Source: Macrostomum lignano (Eukaryota). Taken from it: 64,000 nucleotides of DNA. The position numbers and the translations under genes were made by a program. This document shows, in pieces, positions 12,211 through 23,498 of the stretch. The DNA is taken from positions 62,001 to 126,000 of the forward strand of contig NIVC01001401.1 in NCBI GenBank assembly GCA_002269645.1. Direction: 5' to 3'. The notes beneath the pieces were generated by a model. That model did no database searches, was not told the DNA's origin, and saw only the letters and a list, made by a program, of their open reading frames with translations. Numbering within the stretch: the stretch's first letter is position 1; each line of letters starts with the position of its first letter.

Positions 12211-13094
12211 ACAGTTGAACTACCGGGGTGAAATCACATCCCTAACATGTTTTGCTGCGCCGTAGCGTAGCAGCGCAGGCACACGAACTTCAAGAACGCG
12301 GGTAAACTTTTTGTTGCGCACCTTTTCAAACAAGAATCAAGTCGTCATCCCTCCGGATTGTCGAGATATTAAATTCTTCCAGAAGGTCGGATTTCCTTTT
12401 TAAGCGCCAGTGTATTCAATACACCCCTTAGCTCAGAGACAGCTCAGAGACCTCATAGAAATTTGAAGCAGAGTGTCCATAGTCGAAGTCCGAAGTTCGC
12501 AGTCCGATTTGCTGCAGACACGTGTGCTGATGAAATTGGCTTGGTACGAGCCGTATTGCTAATGTTAATCTGTAGCTGAAAATGGAGCTTAAATATTTGC
12601 TCAAAAAGAGAGAGGCTCGAGTGACAGCAATACCAATTAATTTGCTTTTATAGTTTGAACGCGGGTTAAGCAACAATGAACGAATGACGCACCTGTGTAT
12701 TATGCCATTTTTATTTGCAATCAGTGAAGCTTAATTCAGTGAGGCATGATAAATAACGCTTTTGTAATAAAAAATCGTAATGACTAACTGCAAACAACAC
12801 CTACATGTCACTAGCACTACCATTTCACTGACATCAATAGCATAGGGGCATTTGCAAACTTTAATTTTTTTTCGCAAAAAAGTGCAGTGTGTTATTTTTA
12901 TCCAAGTACAGTAGCTATTTAACAAACACGATCTGGATATTTGGACAAGAGTGCCTAAAGCGACAATAAAAAATGTTCAAAATTTGATATTTCTTTGAAA
13001 ATTGAATTGTAAAAACAACAATTAATTGTTATAATTTTTATTGCAACAGTTGGAATTAGACCAGACCAGCTTCTATTCTCTTTTTAATGAGGGC

Positions 13095-13985
13095 TTTACC
13101 ATAGACGCAGCTGTAGCCTGTACATGTACTTTTGGTGAGGCTTTACCATAGACACAGCTATAGCCTGCACTTTTGGTGAGACTTTACCATAGACACAGCT
13201 ATAGCCTGTACTTTTGGTGAGGCTTTACCATAGACACAGCTATAGCCTGTACTTTTGGTAAGGCTTTACCATAGACGCAGCTGTAGCTTGCACATGTACT
13301 TTTGGTGAGGCTTTCCCATAGACGCAGCTGTAGCCTGTACATGTACTTTTGGTGAGGCTTTACCATAGACACAGCTGTAGCCTGTACTTTTGGTGAGGCT
13401 TTACCATAGACGCAGCTGTAGCCTGTACATGTACTTTTGGTGAGGCTTTACCATAGACAGCTGTAGCTTGTACTTTTGGTGAGGCTTTACCATAGACACA
13501 GCTGTAGCCTGTACTTTTGGTGAGGCTTTACCATAGACGCAGCTGTAGCCTGTACATGTACTTTTGGTGAGGCTTTACCATAGACAGCTGTAGCTTGTAC
13601 TTTTGGTGAGGCTTTACCATAGACAGCTGTAGCTTGTACTTTTGGTGAGGCTTTACCATAGACACAGCTGTAGCTTGTACTTTTGGTGAGGCTTTACCAT
13701 AGACGCAGCTGTAGCCTGTACATGTACTTTTGGTGAGGCTTTCCCATAGACAGCTGTAGCTTGTACTTTTGGTGAGGCTTTACCATAGACAGCTGTAGCT
13801 TGTACTTTTGGTGAGGCTTTACCATAGACACAGCTGTAGCTTTTACTTTTGGTGAGGCTTTACCATAGACGCAGCTGTAGCCTGTACATGTACTTTTGGT
13901 GAGGCTTTCCCATAGACAGCTATAGCCTGTACTTTTGGTGAGGCTTTACCATAAACACAGCTGTAGCCTGTACTTTTGGTGAAGG
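13095..13985. repeat. 39-47-bp minisatellite
   Basis: GAGGCTTTACCATAGACACAGCTGTAGCCTGTAC(ATGTAC)TTTTGGT. Confidence 0.95.
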
Positions 13986-14172
13986 CTTTACGCTCGCCAT
14001 AGACGACAGTAACCCTTACCCTCTACTATTGTCAATAAAGCTTTATGATGACGCCTCACTTAAAGGGCCACGTTGAAGTCTGACAAAGATTTTTCGAATA
14101 TAAGCTTCGTAAGAAGCGCTCGTAGCCGCTCTCTTGAGATGTTTTCACAGGACAGAGAACGCTCTCAGAATG

Positions 14173-15471
14173 TCAGATGCTGCTTCCAGGCCACATGCCT
14201 CCCTGCGAGTCAGCAATGTCGCCAGCCAAAGAGGTCGGTAGGTACTGTCCGGCAGCCACGTACTGCTGCTCCAGCTTGGCCTGCTGTTGCGCAAAGTAGT
14301 TGCTGTACGGGTCCTGGTAGCTGCCGTACACTGCGATGTCAATGTCAATGTTTCAATGTTTGAGCTCATTGGCTGCGCGATTTTTCCTACTGACAGTAGT
14401 TTATTCTCCATTCCGTCTGTTGTCTATTGTGAAAGTGTCTGCTTGTCAAAGTGTCTGTTGTCTATTATTAAAAGTGTCTGCTGTCTTTTGACAAAGTGTC
14501 CGCTGTCTATTGTCAAAATGTCTGCTGTCTATTGTCAAAGTGTCTGCTGTCTCATGTCAAGGTTTCTGCTGTCTATTGTCAGAGTGTCTGCTGTCTATTG
14601 TCTTAGTGTCCGCTGTCTCATGTCAAAATGTCTGCTCAATCGGTTGCACTCACCGCCGCCAGACCCGTAGGGGTCGGCCAGCCGCCAGCAAGACTGCGCC
14701 TTCTGGTAGAGCGACGCCGACTGTTCTTCAAAGCCGACACTGCAGCCGGCGCCGCCGCCGATGCCACCGCTGGGTAGATCGAAAGCGCCGACGCCTCCAA
14801 TGTCGACTTCCGGCCCGCCGATGCCGCCTCCGCCAACGCCGACGCCGGAGAAGCAAAACGGCTGATAGTGACGAGCTGCTGGAATGAAAAATTGCTTGTG
14901 GATTTTTTTGAGCACTCGCAGTTTCATTTCCCAAGATCTGCTTGAGCAGCAGTCATCTCTCGGATTGGATGCCCCCCCCTGTATTTCTGCTGCAGCTCAG
15001 AGCTGCTGCTCACTTTTTTCCTCCAAGCCTGTCGGTGGGGTCATCGACCCGACGGTGTCTCCGATGGCCGCGGTTGCAGATGCGGCCGGGTCCGGCTTGA
15101 TGGACTCCTCGGTGGACGTCGCCGACACTGCAGCAGCCGCAGCCGCCGCTGCAGCCGCGGCAGCCGCCGCGGCCGCTTCGATCGGCTCCAGAGTCAGGGA
15201 CCCGATGGTCGGCGCTGGCGGGTGGTGTTGATGGTGCAGCTGCTGATGCTGCTGATGCGGAAACGGCGCTACGGGCGCCACGGGCCGCTGAGGACGGCGA
15301 CTGCTGCTTGGCAGCTGCTGATTCTGAAGCTGCTGCTGATGATGATGGTGGTGGTGGTGGTGGTGGTGATGGTGCCCAAACGCGCTTAAATGGCCACCGG
15401 CGATGGCAGAAGTGAACTGATCATCGTGCTTGAAGTCTAAGTGATCGAATCTGGTGGTGATTTGTTGCTGT

Positions 15472-15504
<33 letters not shown>

Positions 15505-16479
15505 CGTTGCTGCGACTGCTGGTTCTCTTCCCTCAGCGACTTGTCGTTGGATTTGCGCAGCGCAATTAGCGAACAATCGTCGCAGATGCACTGCGCCTTC
15601 GGGCAGCGCTTCTTGTGACCGCGCCACAATTGAATTATGCCGTGGTTGCGGCACCGGCGACAGTGCGGGCCTTCGTCTGGACGGCGGGATGTGGAGAAGT
15701 TTGGTTAGTCTCTTCTAGCATCGTCTCGCATGCTTGACCTTGGGGAGGATTCACCTATGTTGACCTTGGGAGGATTCACCTATGTTGACCTTGGGAGGAT
15801 TCACCTATGTTGACCTTGGGAGGATTCCCCTCCGAGATTTACCTTAAAGGGGATTCCCCTTCTAAGTTGACCTTGGGAAGTATTCCCTTTCTAGTTTGAC
15901 CTTGGAAAGGATTCCCTTTCTATGTTGACCTGGGGAAGGATTCTCCTTTTAGTTTGACCTTAAGAAGCATCTCTGAGGCCCATTGTTCAACAGTCTGAGA
16001 ATTCAGCCTCACCCTCCTTCGTGCCTCCGGCAGTCGCTTGCAGCCGCTTCGCTTCGACTGACCGAGGCATCGAGGAACTGCCAGCCTGAGCCAGAAACCC
16101 CGGAAGCTGCGCCACTACTGCCAGAGACGCCAGCTGAGACTGCGCTGCCGGGGGTGGAAGCGGCGGAGGCGGCGGCGGATGACCTTTCAGCCGCTGCTCC
16201 TGCTCAGCAAGTAGGTCCTGAGTTCGCTGCTTGCGATAATTGCTAATCTGCTTGGCCACAATCTGCCTACCGTGCTCCACCAGTTCACACTTGGGGCAGG
16301 GGCAGGTTCTGTATTTGCAGTTCCTCTTGTGACCTTTGACGCTAATGTTGATGCCGTGGCCTTTGCACTTTCGACAGAAGTACTGCTTGCGGTTGCTGTA
16401 GCCTCCGCTAGGGCCCAGGCTGACTGGCACTGCCGCTGACTGAAGCCTGTGCTGCTGCCTGCGAGTGGCCAGGGTTGAA
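14173..16479 (-). CDS. Dmrt: Doublesex/Mab-3-related (DMRT) transcription factor with two tandem DM domains; 5' start exon not resolved
   Basis: Exons spliced by hand: ~16479-16013, 15676-15014, 14878-14654, 14330-14173 (TGA). All three introns are phase 1 with GT(G)AG donors and CAG acceptors; a CTAAC branch point precedes 15676. DM1 = CRKCKGHGINISVKGHKRNCKYRTCPCPKC and DM2 = CRRCRNHGIIQLWRGHKKRCPKAQCICDDC, both matching C-x2-C-x2-H-x8-H-x3-C-x4-C-x-C-x2-C. PolyQ, polyH and polyA tracts follow DM2. No in-frame ATG before DM1 within the exon. Confidence 0.92.
14415..14640. repeat. Degenerate ~22-bp repeat in the last Dmrt intron
   Basis: GTCTGCTGTCTATTGTCAAAGT. Confidence 0.8.
15733..15965. 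repeat. 25-bp minisatellite in the Dmrt intron between the two DM exons
   Basis: TTGACCTTGGGAGGATTCACCTATG. Confidence 0.9.
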
Positions 16480-16485
16480 CTGATC

Positions 16486-16638
<153 letters not shown>

Positions 16639-17461
16639 CAAAACTATTGATAAAAAGTGTCTCAGTGTTTATCGGAACTGGGGACTCCCGCTAAGGACAC
16701 ACAGATAGCCATGGAATCAGCAGCAAGCCAGTCCGAAAGCTGGGGGCTGAGAGGTTGCGTTTGCTCGGCCCCTCAAAGCCGGAGCCCTCTGCCCCTTTCT
16801 CAAGCTGCCTGCATGGCTTTCAAGTTTTGCTACAATCGGGCCCCGGCCAAGAATGAGAAGGTGGAGCAGCTCGCATAGCTAGCGGGGGTTTGGCAACCCC
16901 AATCCTGTTTTTTCTCTCCTCTCGTCTCCCCCTCACTCTCGCTTAGCTCCCGGGTGCACAGTTCTTCATAGCTGGCGCGGTGAAGAATGTAGCGAAAATT
17001 TCCGAATATTCGAATATTAGGAAGAAGAGAAGGAGGACTCGGCTATAGCTGTAACCCAGGCCGCGCCATTGCCGCCCGCTCTCGCGCAGGCCCCCGCACC
17101 CCCCCCAGCCCCCCCCCGATTCTTCCTCCGAACGCAAGCGATGTTTTTGATACAATTGGTGAACCTGCAACTGCAGGCCTAAAATACGCCTCTCTCTATC
17201 CTGTGTGCGTTTGTTTCTCCTTTCTCTGTCTCTGTCTAGCTCTAATCCTTCGCTTTGTTATACTTGGTCTTCTATTTGCGCTTGCTTCAGAGCCTATCAC
17301 ATTGGTGCTATGCATCCTTCATGTTTTAGCTCAGGCTTGATGACTTTCCCACGAAATTTTCTTTTGTAACTTATCTAACAGCATACACTGTGTCCGGTCT
17401 GTAATTACTGGCCTCCAGAATCCTATGCGGGGCCAGCTGGGTGCTTATTTGATTATAAGAT

Positions 17462-18345
17462 TGGCTGATAGATTATTGGAGTGGCAGATAGATTGTGGGG
17501 GTGGTAGATAGATTATTGGAGTGGCAGATAGATTTTGGGAGTGGTAGATAGATTATTGGAGTGGCAGATAGATTGTGGGAGTGGCAGATAGATTATTGGA
17601 GTGGCAGATAGATTGTGGGAGTGGCAGATAGATTATTGGAGTGGTTAGATAGATTGTGGGAGTGGCAGATAGATTATTGGAGTGGTTAGATAGATTGTGG
17701 GAGTGGCAGATAGATTATTGAAGTGGTTAGATAGATTGTGGGAGTGGCAGATAGATTATTGGAGTGGTTAGATAGATTGTGGGAGTGGCAGATAGATTAT
17801 TGGAGTGGCAGATAGATTGTGGGAGTGGCAGATAGATTGTGGGAGTGGCAGATAGATTGTGGGAGTGGCAGATAGATTATTGGAGTGGTTAGATAGATTG
17901 TGGGAGTGGCAGATAGATTATTGGAGTGGCAGATAGATTGTGGGAGTGGCAGATAGATTGTGGGAGTGGCAGATAGATTGTGGGAGTGGCAGATAGATTG
18001 TGGGAGTGGCAGATAGATTATTGGAGTGGCAGATAGATTGTGGGAGTGGCAGATAGATTGTGGGAGTGGCAGATAGATTGTGGGAGTGGCAGATAGATTA
18101 TTGGAGTGGCAGATAGATTGTGGGAGTGACAGATAGATTATTGGAGTGGCAGATAGATTGTGGGAGTGGCAGATAGATTGTGGGAGTGGCAGATAGATTA
18201 TTGGAGTGGCAGATAGATTGTGGGAGTGGCAGATAGATTGTGGGAGTGGCAGATAAATTATTGGAGTGGCAGATAGATTATTGGAGTGGTTAGATAGATT
18301 GCCTGAATGGCGCATCAATTTTGGGAAGGGCAGATAGATTTTGGT
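17462..18345. repeat. 20-bp minisatellite
   Basis: GATAGATT(G/A)T(G/T)GGAGTGGCA. Confidence 0.95.
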
Positions 18346-18754
18346 ATTCAGGCTGGTAGCGCTTTTGATTTTGGGTTTCGGTAGTGTTTATCACAGTATA
18401 TTTATAGCTAATATTATATATATTTATAGCTAATAGCTATCCTTTATAGCTAAGCACGTTTCCCCACAAACAGAAGGAACAAAAACGGATGGACGCGTAA
18501 GTCTGTGTGGATGAGTAAAATGTCGAATAGATAAAAGGAGTACAGTGTGTGCTTAAAGTTGACAATCTTACCTTGAAGCAGCCTTGGCAGTTGTGGGGTG
18601 GTGCAGACTCACGTGCCCAGGATGCATTGTGGCTTTTCTGGCTAAGCAAGTGCTGGCAAAGCAAATTTTAACAGACGACTCAATCGGGGGACTCCCAGGT
18701 GTTGGCTTGATCGCGCGAGTTAAAAAACCGAGCAAAGATTCTGACTGACTGAAA

Positions 18755-18835
18755 AAGCGCCAGCCAATGAGAGCCGCCCAAGGTGGGCGAGGGCGGCCAA
18801 CTGCTTGCGGGCTGAGCGAATGAGAACTGCTGATT
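18755..18835. promoter_or_regulatory. CCAAT/GC-box cluster upstream of the Dmrt gene
   Basis: AGCCAATGAG, CCGCCC, GGGCGAGGGCGG within ~60 bp. Confidence 0.25.
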
Positions 18836-19039
18836 GATGGCGGAGGGTTCTGAATTGCCTCATAGACGGAGAATTTGCTTACTTTAGTCTACACAAAATG
18901 AGTGGGTGAAATAGTAGTAAGTGCATGCACCTTCGCCTACTGCCGGCTCTTTAGCAGTTTTTATGAATCGTTAAAGCGAGTTGTTGCAATTTTCAAGACT
19001 GACCCAATTTCTGTTTGTCGAAATGAAGCAGGAGAGGAG

Positions 19040-19550
19040 AGGGGGAGGGAGGGAGACGAAGATAGAGAATAGGATGAGAGAAAGGGAGAGTGAGAGGGAG
19101 ATGGAGAGTGAGAGTGAGAGGGAGAGTGAGAGGAAGAAGAGTGAGAGGGAGAGTGAGAAGGAGAGGGAGAATGAGAGAGAATGGGAGTGAGAGGGAGAGT
19201 GAGGGAAAGATGGAGAGGGATAGTGAAAGGAAGAGGGAGAGGGAGAAGGAGAGAGAGAGGGAGAGAGTTAGTGGGAGGGAGAGTGAGAAGGAGAAGGAGA
19301 GTGAGAGGAAGATGGAGAGGGATAATGAGAGGGAGAGTGGGGGAGATTCAGTGGAAGGGAGAGTGAAAGGGAGAGAGAGAAGGGGGAGAGTGAGTGGGAG
19401 AGTGAGAGTAGGAGGGAGAGTGAGAGTAGGAGGGAGAGTGAGAGGTAGATAGAGAGTAATAGTGAGAGGGGGAGTGAGAGGGAGAGAGAGGGGGAGAGAG
19501 AGTGAGAGTGTGAGAGAGTGAGAGGGCGAGTAAGTGGGAGGGGGAGTGAG
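19040..19550. repeat. Polypurine GA-rich low-complexity tract
   Basis: GAGAGTGAGAGG-like degenerate repeats. Confidence 0.9.
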
Positions 19551-19799
19551 AAAAACAAGGTACAAGTAAAGCCTAGAGGCTGGACTGGGTCGCGGTATTC
19601 GATATGTACCGTTGGTAACTTTTTGTTTTGAAGTAGGAAACTCCAAAGTACAAAATATCAAAACCAGTGCCCTTCGAACCCAAAGCAGCAAAGCATTGGT
19701 TGTTAGGCGTAAATTTGCACCTTTTCTAGCGCGAGGACCCACATATGGAGGTGATGATTTTGTTTAAAAGCATTTGTAAAGCACCTCTACGAGTGGGAC

Positions 19800-20109
<310 letters not shown>

Positions 20110-20134
20110 ATATTTAGAACGTAGCGCTTATTCA

Positions 20135-20210
20135 GCCCTCCCGTTAATTAGCGTGACCCGCGCAGGGAATCGAACCCAAGGGCTCTGGCCGGAGAGTCGG
20201 CCGCGGAGGA
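20135..20210 (-). mobile_element. tRNA-derived SINE-like head / tRNA pseudogene followed by a (CTAA)n tail
   Basis: Minus strand GGGTTCGATTCCCTGCGCGGGTCA (B-box/T-arm); acceptor stem not intact; ~55 nt downstream the (CTAA)n array begins. Confidence 0.45.
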
Positions 20211-21084
20211 GGAGAGGGGAGCGGGTGAGGAGCTGGCAGGTGGGCGGACGAGCTGCACAATGACAGCCAGTGACAGATCAGAGGAGAGCCGCGGCACTTG
20301 TATCAATTTCTTAGAAACCCGATGCTCCAACGCTCTGATGAGGAAGGCGCAGCATCCCTGCATCTCAAATGTCCAGCAATGAGGCTCCGAAACTGCTTTC
20401 CCATTTTCCAGCTTCCGAATCAGTCCTTTTTTCATTGAATATTTTCTCTTGTTCAAAATACTAATTTTCGAATCCCGAATGCAATGGCTCCATGGAAGGG
20501 GAGGGTTGGGGGTGGCTGTGTTTCGCTACAGTTGCGCGTGGGCTCCGATCAAGGAGACCCAGAGCCAGGAGTCTGGATTGTTAAGAGTGGATTTGGCTTG
20601 GGCAAGAGTTGGCAACTCCAAGTCCTGGCGTCTGGGTCACCTTGGCTCCATGCAGTTGAAGACGGCAGGCACCGATGCTGCCGCTGCTGCTGCTGCAATG
20701 TTCGCTACAATTCTCGTTCTATTCGCTTAGCAAGGGAGAACTGAGAGAAGCAGAGATCCGAAAGCTGTTCCTGAACAAAGCCTATCTACAACACACTCTT
20801 AGCAAGTGTGTGCCACAATTGATGCTCTTGTTGAATAATATATCTTTGGCCCGTTGTCAAGTTGCCAGAAAGTTAAAAATTAACAACCAGAAACAGATTT
20901 TGTAGAGAAGAGTTTCAGTATAGTCGAAGCGTGCTAATTATGTATTTTACGAGTAGCATTGTGTAAAAGACTTAACTGAGCGTCAATTTCCTTAGTATTG
21001 TTGTCATGCTGTTTTACGGAAAACCTTTAGTTTAATTGAGTTTAAACAATGTAAAATAATCAACGTTCGAGTGCATAAAAAAAC

Positions 21085-21795
21085 TGTAGTTTGATTGATA
21101 AAATCTGCAGTTTGATTGATAAAAATCCGCAGTTTGATTGATAAAAATCCGCAGTTTGATAGATAAAATCTGCAGTTTGATAGATAAAATCTTCAGTTTG
21201 ATTGATAAAATCTTTAGTTTGATTGATAAAAACCCGCAGTTTGATTGATAAAAATCCGCAGTTTGATAGATAAAATCTGCAGTTTGATTGATAAACTCTG
21301 CACTTTGATAGATAAAATCCGCAGTTTGATTGATAAACTCTGCAGTTTGATTGATAAACTCTGCACTTTGATAGATAAAATCCGCAGTTTGATTGATAAA
21401 ATCTGCAGTTTGATTGATAAACTCTGCACTTTGATAGATAAAATCCGCAGTTTGATTGATAAAATCTGCAGTTTGATTGATAAAATCTGCAGTTTGATTG
21501 ATAAAATCCGCAGTTTGATTGATAAAAATCTGCAGTTTGATTGATAAAATCTGCAGTTTGATTGATAAAATCCGCAGTTTGATTGATAAAAATCTGCAGT
21601 TTGATTGATAAAATCCGCAGTTTGATTGATAAAATCTGCAGTTTGATTGATAAACTCTGCACTTTGATAGATAAAATCTTCAGTTTGATTGATAAAATCT
21701 GCAGTTGGATTGATAAAAATCTGCAGTTTGATTGATAAAAATCTGTAGTTTGATTGATAAAAATCTGCAGTTTGATTGATAAAAGCTGCAGTTAG
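21085..21795. repeat. 21-22-bp minisatellite
   Basis: GCAGTTTGATTGATAAAATCT. Confidence 0.95.
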
Positions 21796-22689
21796 ACAGA
21801 GTCAACCTGCAGCCAGATTCAGAAGTTCTCGCACCCCAAGAAAGCCACTAACAAAAGTGCAATCTCAATTGAAAAAGTAACAGATTGCAATAATAATTTT
21901 GCAACAAAAATTGCACTGGTTAAGCTTGCATTGAACGACATGTATACAATGTTAACTTATATATTGAACAATTTGAATAAAGTATTTCACTGAAAGACTA
22001 AATATAGTACAGCATCTAACGGTGTTAAAACTTTATTACATGTTCTGTGCTTTAAAACGTGTAACAAAACTTCGCAGTTGTACAAGTAAGACTGGACAAA
22101 GACAAAAGTTTTCAAAAGTAAAAAAAAACTCAATCAGCAGCTTATGCTACTCCAGCTGCGATCAAAGTAGTATGCATTGAAAGTTGAATCAAAACGGGAT
22201 AGAATTTTTCCACTAAAAGTCCAAAAGTCGCCTAATCATACGGAGACTTCCATGAAATATTTTCTACTTTCTTTTTTCCTAAAAATTGCATTCTTGAGAA
22301 ACATATTTGGTCAGGGAATTCACGGCATAGCAAAATGGGAGAAAACAAGTCTGTGGTACTCGTAGGTAAGAAGAATTTTTTTATCTGAAACGCCTAAGAC
22401 AGGAAATTAACGGAGTCACGTGATTAGCCGGTTGGCTCCCTGCACAATCAAAAATGGAATAGGAAATGTGGAGAAACTAAAAATTTGCTTGTTCGTTACG
22501 GCTTTTCTCGATCAAAGTTGATCAAAGTGAAGAAGTCATGCGATTTTATTGAAGCTTTTAATCTTAGGGCGATTATTTTGGAGATGGGATTTCTGCACTA
22601 AGTTCTAATATTGTCAACTTTGTTCCTAATCCCCTATCAATCAACCCTATTTGTCAATGCTGTCAGTCAACCTGCAAATCAATGCCGTG

Positions 22690-23498
22690 AATCAACCTGA
22701 CGATCAAACTGTCAATCAGCCTGACAATCAACCTGTCAATCAACCTGACAATCAACCTGACAACCAACCTGAAAATCAACCTGACAATCAACCTGACAAT
22801 CAACCTGACAATCAACCTGACAACCAACCTGACAATCAACCTGACAACCAACCTGAAAATCAACCTGACAATCAACCTGACAATCAACCTGACAACCAAC
22901 CTGACAACCAACCTGACAATCAACCTGAAAATCAACCTGTCAATCAACCTGACAATCTACCTGTCAATCAACCTGAAAATCAACCTGTCAATCAACCTGA
23001 CAATCAACCTGACAACCAACCTGAAAATCAACCTGACAATCAACCTGACAATCAACCTGACAACCAACCTGACAACCAACCTGACAATCAACCTGAAAAT
23101 CAACCTGTCAATCAACCTGACAATCTACCTGTCAATCAACCTGAAAATCAACCTGTCAATCAACCTGACAATCAACCTGACAACCAACCTGACTATCAAA
23201 CTGACAACCAACCTGACTTTCAACCTGACTATCAACCTGACAATCAACCTGACAATCAACCTGACAATCAACCTGACAACCAACCTGACTATCAACCTGA
23301 CAATCAACCTGACAATCAACCTGACTATCAATCTGTCAATCAACCTGACTATCAATCTGTCAATCAACCTGACAATCAACGTGTCAATCAACCTGTCAAT
23401 CAACCTGACAATCAACCTGACAATCAACCTGACTATCAACCTGACTATCAACCTGTCAATCAACCCTTCAATTAACCTGTCAATCAACCTGTCAATCA
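22690..23498. repeat. 12-bp minisatellite with a 168-bp block duplication
   Basis: CAATCAACCTGA; marker variant CAATCTAC at 22953 and 23121. Confidence 0.95.

Noticed and set aside
12230-13070. Possible DNA-transposon remnant with weak inverted ends (12.96-13.04 kb)
   Set aside because: No paired TIRs with a TSD and no transposase similarity; the short A/T inverted repeat is expected by chance.
16657-17170. Candidate ATG exon for the Dmrt gene
   Set aside because: The ATG-containing segments either stop early or end in the wrong phase for the phase-2 acceptors.
20300-20400. CTGATGAG … CGAAAC hammerhead-like core
   Set aside because: Stem II pairs only ~3 bp and no matching stem III/NUH site was found. 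Similar partial motifs at 38078 and 44203 (minus) also fail.
20449-20905. Overlapping 75-95-codon ORFs as further kinase exons or a separate gene
   Set aside because: No recognisable motif, and no phase-consistent splice path gave a convincing extension.
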